A DNA stretch of 64,000 nucleotides from an uncultured Nitrososphaeraceae archaeon. Its GTDB lineage: Archaea > Thermoproteota > Nitrososphaeria > Nitrososphaerales > Nitrososphaeraceae. Where the stretch lies: NCBI GenBank assembly GCA_963779615.1, contig CAVZZA010000001.1:480001-544000 (forward strand). The letters run 5' to 3'. The notes under the pieces are model-generated. The model saw nothing but the letters and a program-made list of their open reading frames with translations, searched no databases and was not told the origin of the DNA. Position 1 is the first letter of the stretch, and each line of letters starts with the position of its first letter. Position numbers and translations under genes: made by a program. Below, piece after piece: positions 10,431 to 21,057 of this stretch.

Positions 10431-10533
10431 TATTGACTGTTTTGTTTCTGTAGAAAAAATCCAAATTAACTATTCTTTACAAATTTAAAAACCCTGCGTA
10501 AAAACTCGTAAAGAGTTGAGGGAATGGGATTTG
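10431..10533 (-). repeat. Second, degenerate att copy (arm plus 16-bp core)
   Basis: Near-identical to 9727-9831; GAGGGAATGGGATTTG at 10518-10533. Confidence 0.85.
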
Positions 10534-10630
10534 TTTACATGTTAGGCAGTAATCTTTTAATAGGCTATAGTTGATTTTAATTGTCTTGCATTGATGCTAA
10601 TTGTTAATGAAATAATTCAAAAAAATAGAG

Positions 10631-12376
10631 TTATATCTTGACCTCCGTTCCATCAAACCTTGTAAATCTGATTTGCTTTGTAAAATTCTCATTGTAAGTT
10701 AGTTTCTGTTCTTGTAATATTCCGATTGATATTGCTTCCCCCAGTCTCAATGAGTTCCAATAATCACTTCGGTAGTGAACACCTGCGCCATTTCTACCTA
10801 TAGCAACATTTGCGGCTAATTTATTTAACTCCCCTCCCAACGTTAGTTGGTTCTTATCTGATCCTTCGTAATCGTGAAGTCCATTACCTGAATCATTAGC
10901 TTCCACAGGATTATCAATCTTGAAAGTATTATCAAACCAAGCTTTCAGGATAGTTACACAGGCACCAGCTACAGTTGCATGTCCTGCGCCATATGAAGGG
11001 TGAGCAGGTGATCCCTCTGGAAATGCTAAAGGAAGCAAATAAGTACCTCCGGTTTGTTCTCTATCCTCATTTTGTTTCTCATTATGTTTGAATATTTTTT
11101 GAAGAACAGATGAATTCAACGCATCTATATGGATAGGATAGTTGACGTTACTTGCCTTTTTAATATGAATTAATCCTGCTATAGCTTCTGGCCTTAATCG
11201 GCGATATAAGAACCATTTCGTATACCATACTGATTTCAACGCCCTTGTTGCTACCTCGCAGACCAAACTTAATATATGTGGACCACCAAAGGTTCCGAAT
11301 CCATATTGAGTTTTAAACTGCGTTGTCGAGTTATCTTTGTAAGGATTACCTTCATTTAGTATTTTAGCACCCACATTGGCGTCATCAGATAATCTGAGTA
11401 AATACATACATGCTGAAAGATATGCTTGATATAGTGCATCATAATGTACAAAAGTAGCCAAATCTCTTAGATTACGCAAGAACTTGGGTTTGTTTTCAAA
11501 GTAGCTTAATGGATCTCTATCATCATTCTTATAGAGTGGGCTAATATCCCGCTTCTCTCCTCGTTGAACTGAAATCCATGATTTATAATTTGTAACGAAG
11601 TCTTTACCAGGAACTGCCACTACGTGTCTTTGGTCAATTGCGCAGGTCCCATACTTAAGCCATCCATCATCTTCGTCACGATTTAGGACAATATCTTTAT
11701 TGCCTTTAAGCATAAATTGTGAGATATATGGGCCCACAAGATCGCCGTCAGTCGAACCTCTAAATATGCTTTTTTCAGTCACCTTGCCACCAATTTTTGG
11801 CCCATGAAAATCAGATAATTTATTCAAATCCGTTATAGCATCTTTCACCAAGTTATCAGTTCGATAATCAGTAAAATGTACATCTCTAATAAGGGACATC
11901 CAATATAATTCCACTATTTCACCTGCGGCTTCTGCTGAATTTAGCTTTGGTGGAGATGGAAATGGAAAATAGCTGTTGATATCATTTAGATCGGTTGATC
12001 CTTTCTTTATTAAGGCAACTGCATGGCCATCGGGACCCTCTAATTCATATGCTAATCCTGACTGAGGATTTGTGAGTTTTTTGTTGCCTCTGCCATTAAC
12101 AAATGATTGATCTAGAATAATATTTTGAAAGTCAATAGGGTCACCGCTTTGTATTGCTTTGAGAAAGCTTTGATATGCGGCTACATCAACTTCTCCTGAA
12201 TCTTGATGAGGCAAACTCTTGTGAAAATTGGCGATGAGATTAGGATAAGTTTGCTCCTCTTCATTAGGAGGCCCTATCTGTAAGTCCTTACCAAAATGTG
12301 GTCTACTGTTGGCAAGGTTTGTCGCGTCATCTCTAATTTTTTTGGCATTGTTTTTTCTTTGCATAGGATCGTTCAT
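10631..12376 (-). CDS. Vanadium-dependent haloperoxidase (bromoperoxidase-like, PAP2 superfamily)
   Basis: Vanadate-site motifs KWFLYRRLRPE, HPSYGAGHATVAGAC and GRNGAGVHYRSD; also NFHKSLPH, ELYWMSL.RD and GPYISQF as in algal/cyanobacterial VBPOs. Confidence 0.9.
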   Translation of the reverse strand: MNDPMQRKNNAKKIRDDATNLANSRPHFGKDLQIGPPNEEEQTYPNLIANFHKSLPHQDSGEVDVAAYQSFLKAIQSGDPIDFQNIILDQSFVNGRGNKKLTNPQSGLAYELEGPDGHAVALIKKGSTDLNDINSYFPFPSPPKLNSAEAAGEIVELYWMSLIRDVHFTDYRTDNLVKDAITDLNKLSDFHGPKIGGKVTEKSIFRGSTDGDLVGPYISQFMLKGNKDIVLNRDEDDGWLKYGTCAIDQRHVVAVPGKDFVTNYKSWISVQRGEKRDISPLYKNDDRDPLSYFENKPKFLRNLRDLATFVHYDALYQAYLSACMYLLRLSDDANVGAKILNEGNPYKDNSTTQFKTQYGFGTFGGPHILSLVCEVATRALKSVWYTKWFLYRRLRPEAIAGLIHIKKASNVNYPIHIDALNSSVLQKIFKHNEKQNEDREQTGGTYLLPLAFPEGSPAHPSYGAGHATVAGACVTILKAWFDNTFKIDNPVEANDSGNGLHDYEGSDKNQLTLGGELNKLAANVAIGRNGAGVHYRSDYWNSLRLGEAISIGILQEQKLTYNENFTKQIRFTRFDGTEVKI

Positions 12377-12519
12377 GTAATTTCACTCAATTGATATTGG
12401 TTTATCATTGCAATAATTAACAATAACTATTATATATAGTTTGTGAAATATTGGATATTCTTGCCAAAATTAAATATTATTGTATATTGTAAGACTTGAA
12501 CAATGATAAGAAATTGAGC

Positions 12520-12670
12520 ACTTCCCAAAATTATCTTTCTGTAAATAATGATACTGCATGATAGTTGCACCAGGCAAGATAATTCTCGGATTTCTTTTCG
12601 TATCTTGTGAACAGTTTCCTGAATCTGTTGTGCCATGAGTTTTCCTGTCTACAATCCATCACCTGTTTTT
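12520..12670 (-). pseudogene. IS5-family transposase C-terminal remnant
   Basis: NSWHNRFRKLFTRYEKKSENYL, then after a frameshift LVQLSCSIIIYRKIILG. Confidence 0.75.
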
Positions 12671-12952
12671 TGCAGGAGTGCCTCATGAAATAATATAATG
12701 TATTTTCTATGCAATGAATCAAGAAATACTAGAATTTTTAAATGTTAGATAATCAATGATACGAATTCACATCGAGATGCCTCATATCCTGATAAGTTTA
12801 TTTAGATTCGTTTGCTAGGAGGTATAGCAAAATAAAAAAATCAGATTAACAGGACATGATCAGAGGCTGCTGTGATTGATTACACATCTTTGTATCAATG
12901 TTTAGTCAAATATGGAAAAAACCTTAAATCATTTATTTTTTTATAAGATAGA

Positions 12953-14651
12953 GTGGTTCTAAAGATAAAAGGCAATCGTTATTTATCGTTTTTTGTTTAT
13001 GGACTTGCAGCTGGACTTGTTGCTTTTGCATTATCGATTTTCTTAAAAATAACTATAAATGGATTGTTTATTCCTGAACTGGCGTCTCAAGGCTTGATAT
13101 CGATTACTTCTGGGGAAATTGAATCTCAAGCTGTACTTACTCTTGGACCATTAGCAAAATATTCCACATTTATTGGTGCAACGGTGGTTAGCATCTTACT
13201 CTATGGAATAATAGGCATAATTTCAGGCGCATTATTTGATAGATTAAAAGTGAATAGATACATCATTAGAACCGGCCTATCAAGACTTAATTTCTTATGC
13301 AATACTAATTTTTATCGTTGTTATCTTTGTTACGTTAAGTACAGTTCCAGGACAACCTGTTTTGATCCCTTATAGCTCGATAGCAAAATTCGTACTGCCC
13401 AATATTGGTTTTGGATTAATAATTTCATTATTGTTAAGAAAAGGAAGTGAAAAATCAAATTCAATCAAACCTGTCCCAAATGAAGGAGAAGAGAGGGTAA
13501 TCTCTAAAGATAATGAAAATCAATCTATAGATTACAATAAGAGGAACATGATCCGGGCCTTGATAATATCTGCTATTGCCCTTCCGTTAATTTATTTTGG
13601 TTTCAATAGAATCCTTCACAGCGCGGAACAACAATCAGGATCGGAACTGTCACAACAAGCTCAAAATAACGCTACACAACAAATATTGCAGTCAAATACA
13701 AGACCTGTTGGTTTTGAAGATCCACGGCTGACCCCATTACTGGATGCCGAGATTACTCCAGCTTATCTTTTTTATCGAATAGATATTAATGCAATTGTCC
13801 CTGTTGTTAATGCTCAAGATTGGAACCTCTCAATAAAAGGGCTAGTGGACAATCCTCTAGTGATTAACTATAAAGAAATTAAAAGTATGGATCCAGTTGA
13901 GCAATTCTCTACTTTGGTTTGTGTGAGCAATAAAATTGGTGGAAATTTGACCAGCACTGCCTTGTGGAAAGGCATACGTCTCAGAGATCTGATATCCAAA
14001 GCAGGGATAAAACCAAATGTCAAGTATGTTGTTTTTAGATGCTCAGACGGCTATGACGTTGGAATACCCTTTGAGAATGGCATGATGGATGGAACTATTT
14101 TAGCATATGATATGAATAGGTCACCGCTAACCAATGAACATGGATATCCTATTCGAGCAATAGTGCCTGGTTTCTATGGAATGATGAATCCGAAATGGAT
14201 AACAGAGATAGAATTGGTAGATAAAACATATGAAGGATTCTGGCAGAGAAAAGGCTGGACAAATGACAGTATTAAAAACATCTATTCATCAATCGTGGTT
14301 CCAGGAAGCCAGCCTATTACGGACCGATTTCCTCATACAGTCACAGATAATTCCTTTACAGTTGGAAAAAGTATTCCAATCGCTGGAATTGCTTTTTCTG
14401 GGGACCGAGGAATATCCAAGGTTGAAGTCAGTACAGATGGCGGAAAAACGTGGAAAACAGCGGTAGTTAAAGATCCATTGTCACAATATACCTGGGTGCT
14501 ATGGACCAGCCAGTTTACTTCTGAGAGTAAAGGCGCATTCGACATTGTAGTAAGAGCAACAGACAAAACAGGGCAGGTCCAAACCTCCAAGTTAGAAAAT
14601 CCGTTTCCCAAGGGTGCTAGCGGATACAATCAAATAGATTTAAACATATAA
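12953..14651 (+). pseudogene. Membrane-anchored molybdopterin oxidoreductase (sulfite oxidase/MsrP-like), frameshifted near 13255-13290; catalytic ORF 13362-14651 open
   Basis: TLVCVSN (Mo-ligand Cys), ALWKGIRL, EHGYPIRAIVPGFYGMMNPKWI, ISKVEVSTDGGKTW, VRATD; the upstream ORF encodes TM helices that continue in the +1 frame (LISYAILIFIVVIFV). Confidence 0.8.
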
Positions 14652-14804
14652 TGTTAGTTAGATCCTTCTTTGCCCATTTGTTTAAGCAACTAAAATGTAT
14701 TTAATGACAATATTCCTTGCAAAATAGAATCAAATGATGTATAAAAAAAACAAACCAACATAAAAGAAATTTACAAAAAGAATGGAAAATCCAGCGTGTG
14801 TCAT

Positions 14805-14978
14805 TGATGAAGAGTCTCATTGAAAGGACAATGCAACACATCAGGGCAGAACCGAAAGTTTCAATGATTGCTTTCCATGTAGGAGAAAGAATTGTAAACT
14901 AAAGCATGTAAAAAATTGGCTGTGGTTTTTTGTAGATTACCATAACAATGAGTTAAAAATGCATAAGTGAACAGAGCC
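14805..14978 (+). pseudogene. IS6-family transposase 3' remnant with terminal IR
   Basis: KSLIERTMQHI / RTESFNDCFPCRRKNCKLKHVKNWL; ends AACAGAGCC (reverse complement GGCTCTGTT, IS6-type IR). Confidence 0.75.
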
Positions 14979-15084
14979 TCCTATAATAATAAAAAACCAA
15001 TCTAATTGACAATGGTGTCTGTCTTCATTTAGTATTTGAAGATAGAATGGATCCTACTAATCAAGTCTATTTAGTATTATCATT

Positions 15085-15891
15085 TTATTGTGTTCCCCTA
15101 AGCAATTTTTTAATTACACTCTGGAATTGTTTTTTATAATTTGGTGTTGAAAACTTGTTTACCGAATTGCTAATCAAGGCCCTTTCAGAATATGGAATAT
15201 CCAAGGCCGACACTATGATTTTTACCGCTTGTTCCAACGTATGGTATTGGAATTTTGAAGGTACGAATTCTGTTTGTCCCCCTATATCAGGTACGACAGG
15301 TATCAAGCCTGCACTCATAGACTCGGAATTAGTAAGCACAGTGGAATTTTTTATCATGTTATCATATGCATATTTTAGCCATTCCAAATATCGTTTCCTA
15401 TCAAAATCAACAGCATTGCTTTGATTATTGTTGTCTTCTTTTATGGCATTGGAATCAGTAGGGATTGAGAATGATGGCGAGTCTCTTGCAACTTTAAGAT
15501 ATTTTTCAAGATATTCTTTATCTTCTGATTGTATAAGAAACTTTGCAGAGGAAAAATGGCAATATGCAATAGAGTTATTCTTTGAAAAGGATTTATTGTA
15601 ATATGTATCGATATCGCCATGTGTATTTATTATAAGGTCATACCCATTCTTCACATTATCGCGGATACTTTGCTCATCAAACATCGACAAAACATTTACT
15701 TTTTTTATATCACTTATGACAGAAGCAAGATCTTTACCGTAGGCATTCTGCAATTTTGCCATATTGGGTTCTTCCAGTGTTGTTAGCTCAATATCAATAC
15801 CCATTTCCAATACCGCTTGCATGGTCACAAGGGTAAAACACTCGCCACCTCCACAAGGGTTTAAATCAGAATATACAAAATTTGCCTTCAA
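15085..15891 (-). pseudogene. GT4 (ALG11-like) glycosyltransferase with a large in-frame internal deletion
   Basis: LNPCGGGE N-terminus; VLTNSE is fused directly to SMSAGLIPVVP, so most of the nucleotide-sugar domain is missing. Confidence 0.7.
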
Positions 15892-16008
15892 TTAGGAATT
15901 AGGATAACATAGACAACATATATTTCAAAAAAGAAGAAAAAGAAAAAGGATTCATCAAATTAAATGGCTATTTCATCTAAAATATTATTTTATGATTATG
16001 GAAATTAA

Positions 16009-16690
16009 TAGGTCTCTTGCATTGTTAGAAACATTTTACCCGTTTTCCATCAGTGCTTTAACTTTCTATCCATCTAGATTTGATTTGTTATTCTATAGTC
16101 TATAGTTGATATTAAATCTGATATCCCATTACACGTTATCCTTTTTTCGAATGCATTATTCATTACTTTATGCTTTTTTACAATGATTTATGATCCATCG
16201 TTATTCTGATTTAAAATGACCCGCTAATTGTACTCTTTTTATTCTTGAAGCAGATATTGTTTTCTCATCCATCTGTTTGGCATGAATGACCTTTGGTCAG
16301 GAAAGTCTTTCTTCTTTCCAAAATAACCAGGTCAAACACGTTAACAGTTTGTTTGGAAGTCACAGAATGATTATTTTTATATATGATACAGTCATGCTGA
16401 TGTCCTCTCTTGTGTTCTGTTTTATGATTGATAATGCCTTGATTGTTAACAATAGGTTAGTTCTTGAATTATGTTTCTTTTTCTTTTGTACAACGTCCTC
16501 TCACATGATTTTTTATATCCTGTCCTTTGCAAAAAAATGATTTTGATTAATAATAACCATCAAAAAAACTGTATTTCAAATACTGTGTTCTGTTTTGCGG
16601 TTTACAAACACAATATTTTCAATCTTGTAGTTTTTGCCGTATTAACAAAGCAGGGCCCGGAGGGATGCGGTTCAATAGTGAATGAAACCT
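16009..16690 (-). pseudogene. IS5-family (DDE_Tnp_4/ISL2-like) transposase remnant
   Basis: VNNQGIINHKTEHKRGHQHDCIIYKNNHSVTSKQTVNVFDL...KDFPDQ, homologous to the 9985-10428 remnant; IR-like end at 16009-16022; right boundary approximate. Confidence 0.7.
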
Positions 16691-16899
16691 AAACCAGGTT
16701 TATTTGCATTTTAATAAAATTATTAACCCTTGACTTTAAATTAAATATTTAATTTTAATACAGAAATAAACTATGTTTTTGCTTTGGTGCAGCTGTTGTG
16801 TAATATCACAATCTAAAGAAAGATTAATTGGATAGGCTCTTGACATTTAGAACCGCAATGTTAAATGACTTTAATATTACATTCTAAACCAAGTATGAT

Positions 16900-17892
16900 G
16901 TGGTAAATTTAATAATTTTTACAATGACAGTATTATTCATATTATTTTTTTATATTGGCGATGATGGTGGCTTAGCCGTTATCTTTGCGCAGACCAATGA
17001 GGAAAAAACCGTAACAATACCTAAGGGGTCGGCAAACCCTGAAGTTGACATGACAAAATTCACACTAAAGCAATGGTACAAGCCAGCAGAAGTCACAATC
17101 AATGTAAATGATACCGTAAGATGGATTAACTATGACACAGAACCCCATACAGTGACGAGCGGCATGGGCGGGGGCTTGGCCAGTGCAGGAACTAACTCAA
17201 AGGGAAAACCCAACGGCCTGTTTGACAGCGGGCTGTTCAAGCCTGGTGATTCATGGTCCTTTAAATTCAACAGGCCAGGAACATTCAACTACTTTTGCAC
17301 CATACACCCATGGATGGAGGGAGTTGTCAATGTCAAAGGCGAAAGCACAAACATACCCCCTTATGCGGTTGACAAAAACGGAAGCAGAATTGACAAGGTT
17401 CCCTCATACGTTTTATCCAATGACAAAAAGTTTGAGACGGGCCTCTCTTGGAGTCCATCATCAATAAAAACAAACGAACCAATCAACTTCATAATTGACT
17501 TTTTTGAAATGCCCAAAAACACCAAACTGCATCTGTGGCCCTACAATTTTGTTTTGATTCAAAACGGAAAGGAAATCTACAGGACAACCGGTATCACCCA
17601 AATAGGCTCCAGCGCGGTAAAATACGCATTCAGCGCCCCTGGCAATCTAACCATCAAAATTGAAAGCAACCAGGACCCAAGTTCCTTTTCACAGTATGGC
17701 ACAATAGTATACGATAATCCCCATCCAACCTCTCACAACATGTCTGGCCCCATGCAAAATTCACAGGCACAGTCCTCACCATTGGGATTCATAAACACAT
17801 TGACCCTTGTTTACTCCGTATACGCAATCATAATAGGGATACCGATAGTTTTGGTTGTGTTTGTCATACTCATCAAGAAAAGGATAATTTAG
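16900..17892 (+). CDS. Membrane-anchored cupredoxin (plastocyanin/azurin family) with an extra domain
   Basis: WINYDTEPHTVTSG...FDSG...YFCTIHPWMEG type-1 Cu site; N-terminal signal and C-terminal TM helix. Confidence 0.9.
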   Translation: MVNLIIFTMTVLFILFFYIGDDGGLAVIFAQTNEEKTVTIPKGSANPEVDMTKFTLKQWYKPAEVTINVNDTVRWINYDTEPHTVTSGMGGGLASAGTNSKGKPNGLFDSGLFKPGDSWSFKFNRPGTFNYFCTIHPWMEGVVNVKGESTNIPPYAVDKNGSRIDKVPSYVLSNDKKFETGLSWSPSSIKTNEPINFIIDFFEMPKNTKLHLWPYNFVLIQNGKEIYRTTGITQIGSSAVKYAFSAPGNLTIKIESNQDPSSFSQYGTIVYDNPHPTSHNMSGPMQNSQAQSSPLGFINTLTLVYSVYAIIIGIPIVLVVFVILIKKRII

Positions 17893-18210
17893 AAAAAAGA
17901 CGGGAATACCTTTAAAATCAGGATTGCCATTATTTTGGAATTTGGATGGGTTGGGCTTTGCTCCGTTTTTCAAATGGCAATTAGGGCTATAACGCCTTTT
18001 TGGCAAATCGCATCAAATTATGGCCATGGTTTGCTTTGCAAATACCAACTAATATGCGACAGGAGCAACTGCCAAATTAACTTAAAAAGCAGACAATAAA
18101 ACAAGAGACGAGGCACCATCATGGTAACATTAACTGTATTGCACCCCCAATTCCGTAAAGAAAGAGCCTAAAAAAATGAATGCATAACCAATTGGTATTT
18201 GAAAAAAAAG

Positions 18211-19269
18211 TTATTGAGTAGGCGGCATCAGCATTTTTGACATGTCCATCGGAGCCCCCGAAGACTTGGAGCCATTTTTGGATGGGATGAGGGTAAAGTC
18301 CATCGTTGAAGAAGAAGCATTGTTCGATGAAGTCGGGTTATGCTTGCTTGCTATTTGCAAAACCACTGGCTTTGTGAGCATGAAATGAGCTACATCCTGT
18401 GTTTTGTTGGACCCATCCACCACCAGGTTGTCAGTTACATCCACCCCATTAACAAGTCCGGTGTAACTACCTGTGGCGGACAAAGCGCTCGGTTTTGGCA
18501 CATATATCTCCTGATGGATATACACATTGTTTTCTTTAGCGTTCAACCTGTTCATGTCATAGCTAAACGGCATATCAAACGAAATCGCATTTGATTCTGG
18601 CACATAGGTGATATTGCCTATCTTATCGTAATAGCCAAGTATCTTGACGGGGAGAGGTTTGCCGTCAATGTTAAAATCTTTTTCTTTGTAGGCACCAACA
18701 CTAAGCCAGCCGTTGAATTCAGGTTGCTTGTCATCAGGCAGAATTGTCCTGGAAAAATCGACAGTGACAATCCTCACAGTAAAATGGTATAACCCACCCT
18801 CAGAAAATATTGGGCCCGAGGCTACCACATGTCCGGAACCTTGGCTGGTGTAGGCATTTAGAATTGGGTCAAGCTCTCCGGATACCGTAATGTGGCTCGT
18901 GTTTCTGGGCTGCATTTGGAGCAAGAGGTCCCCATTTGGATTGTAAAACCAATCGGCCAGCAACTGTTTCCCGTTTTTCTCAATTGTGATAAAGTAGGTG
19001 ACCTCTTTGAATGTCTGGTTGGTTTTTGAATCATATAGCTTAAACTCTATCACCGGCTGTTGACCCTGTTTTTGAATCAATTCGGTAGTTACCACAGGTG
19101 GAGACATCTTTATCAATAGATTTGCCTGGCGGTCTCCGAGTGACCCGGCCAACTCCTCCATAAACAACCCATCTCCAAAAACGTTGCTAAATGTAAATGA
19201 ATAGCTTGCAAATGATGTGATTAAAAGCATAAAAAAAAGACAAAAAGAAAAAACATTGCCCATAACCAA
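18211..19269 (-). CDS. Secreted thaumarchaeal surface protein (PEFG-CTERM-family-like ectodomain without anchor)
   Basis: Signal peptide; GPIFSEGGLYHF, SFDMPFSY and HQEIYVPK motifs; Met-rich tail. Confidence 0.6.
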   Translation of the reverse strand: MVMGNVFSFCLFFMLLITSFASYSFTFSNVFGDGLFMEELAGSLGDRQANLLIKMSPPVVTTELIQKQGQQPVIEFKLYDSKTNQTFKEVTYFITIEKNGKQLLADWFYNPNGDLLLQMQPRNTSHITVSGELDPILNAYTSQGSGHVVASGPIFSEGGLYHFTVRIVTVDFSRTILPDDKQPEFNGWLSVGAYKEKDFNIDGKPLPVKILGYYDKIGNITYVPESNAISFDMPFSYDMNRLNAKENNVYIHQEIYVPKPSALSATGSYTGLVNGVDVTDNLVVDGSNKTQDVAHFMLTKPVVLQIASKHNPTSSNNASSSTMDFTLIPSKNGSKSSGAPMDMSKMLMPPTQ

Positions 19270-19722
19270 TTATTGTCTATGCAACTATTTATTTTTAAAA
19301 ACAGTATCTGAAATAAAGGCGAATCAAAAAGTACGTTTACTAGTTTTAATGTTTGATATTTGTTATCTTTCAAAGGCTTGATTGCTCTCCATTTGACGAA
19401 ATCATGTGGCTTGAAGATGCTCCATTTTCTTGTGAATTTTAGAAAAAGAGCACCTTCACAATAAATTGGCATGGCTTGTTCTTTTATTTTTCAGGTTTAT
19501 CATCAGAAAGGCTTCTGATAGGCTGGCCTGATGCTTTATCAAACAAGAAATGTTTCCATTGGAATTGGATACAAAATTACAAACCAAAGAGGCAGACTGT
19601 TTTGTTTGGTCGTTGAGAAAAGGTGCAATATTTACAACATGGATTCTTTTGGAAACCTGCTTGAGTGTATTGTTTGGAAAAATATTTAAGGTGATTTTTA
19701 AAGGAATATACAGGTTTGACTT

Positions 19723-20937
19723 TTATTTGGTCGTCGCTGGCAGTTCTTTTTGATATATCTTCTTAAGCCATATTGGTGTTATTACGGTAGTTAGTGCCAC
19801 CATGATGATAATGGCCGTGTAGATATCAGTTGATAGTGCCCCGCTTGTCACTCCCACACCGGCAACAATTAACCCAACCTCCCCTCTGGAAATCATCCCT
19901 ACTCCAACCCTCATTGACTTTGCCTTGTCCTTGAGGAATATCCACGAAGGCAAGCCGCATCCCAAAAGTTTTGTGGAGATTGCAATCGCAACAACTATTC
20001 CGGCAATTAAAATGACATTGAGGTTTATGCCCCTCAGGTCCACCTGTGCGCCTATTATGGCAAAGAAAAGGGGGGCAAAGATAAACTGAAGTTTGTGAAC
20101 ATACTCTTCAACCTGCTTTATCAATCTGGTACTGGCAATGGCCATTCCAACTGCAAAGGCACCAACAATGGGCGACAACCCAACATAGGCAGCTATCCCA
20201 GCTGTCCCAAAGAAAATCGCAGTTGTGATTCCCTCAATGCTTCCCTTTGACCTCCACAGTTTTTCGCGGTGCAGTATCCTTGGAACGAGGAATATGGCAA
20301 CTATGAGCAGGATTGCAAACAATCCCAGTATTTTCAGAATAAGAAAAGTAATTTCCATAATGTCCGGTGTGATGTTCCCAGACTGGACCATGGTAACCAC
20401 AACAGACAATACGGCAATCGCAAGGATATCGTCAACTATTGCGGCCCCCAGAATAAGCCGTGCCTCTTTTGATTGCATTTTTCCAAGTTCTGTTAACACC
20501 TGAATGGATATAGCTATGCTCGTCGCTGTCAGGGCAGTAGCGATCAAAAGGGTTTCAAATGCATTTAACCCATAGACAGAAAATACACCAAATCCTACAA
20601 AGAAGGGTATAACTACTCCAAGTGCGCCCACGGTAAACGAAGCTGCGCCTCCCCTAAGGAATTCCCTTGGCGTTATTTCCAACCCTGCGACAAACAAAAT
20701 CACAATGGCAGATAGTTCACCGATGTGCTTGACGGTCTCATCCAATACCACTAACGGCCCTCCATCAAACAGTGGCAGTCCACCCAAAGCATATGGCCCT
20801 ACCATTATCCCTGCCAGCAGCTCACCCAATACCACTGGCAATTTTATTCTCTGGAAAATCTCGGCAAACACTTTGGCACTGAATAATAATATGGAGAGTG
20901 AGATTATCACATGGATGAATACAGATTCCGCAGCCAT
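19723..20937 (-). CDS. Cation:proton antiporter (CPA2, KefB/NapA-like)
   Basis: LPVVLGELLAGIMVGP, ATSIAISIQVL, ILGAAIVDD, GMISRGEV. Confidence 0.92.
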   Translation of the reverse strand: MAAESVFIHVIISLSILLFSAKVFAEIFQRIKLPVVLGELLAGIMVGPYALGGLPLFDGGPLVVLDETVKHIGELSAIVILFVAGLEITPREFLRGGAASFTVGALGVVIPFFVGFGVFSVYGLNAFETLLIATALTATSIAISIQVLTELGKMQSKEARLILGAAIVDDILAIAVLSVVVTMVQSGNITPDIMEITFLILKILGLFAILLIVAIFLVPRILHREKLWRSKGSIEGITTAIFFGTAGIAAYVGLSPIVGAFAVGMAIASTRLIKQVEEYVHKLQFIFAPLFFAIIGAQVDLRGINLNVILIAGIVVAIAISTKLLGCGLPSWIFLKDKAKSMRVGVGMISRGEVGLIVAGVGVTSGALSTDIYTAIIIMVALTTVITPIWLKKIYQKELPATTK

Positions 20938-21057
20938 TGACCATTAAACAGGAATTATTTTCAAGGAGCTAATATAACACATGCTTTTTAGGTATGGAGA
21001 TTAGGTTTTAGTGTATGGTGTTCTTAGAAAATGGCGTGAATATTATAGTTATACTCT

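Noticed and set aside
16648-16672. SRP RNA helix-8-like CAGGGCCCGGAGGGATGC
   Set aside because: No surrounding 7S structure; lies at the edge of an IS remnant
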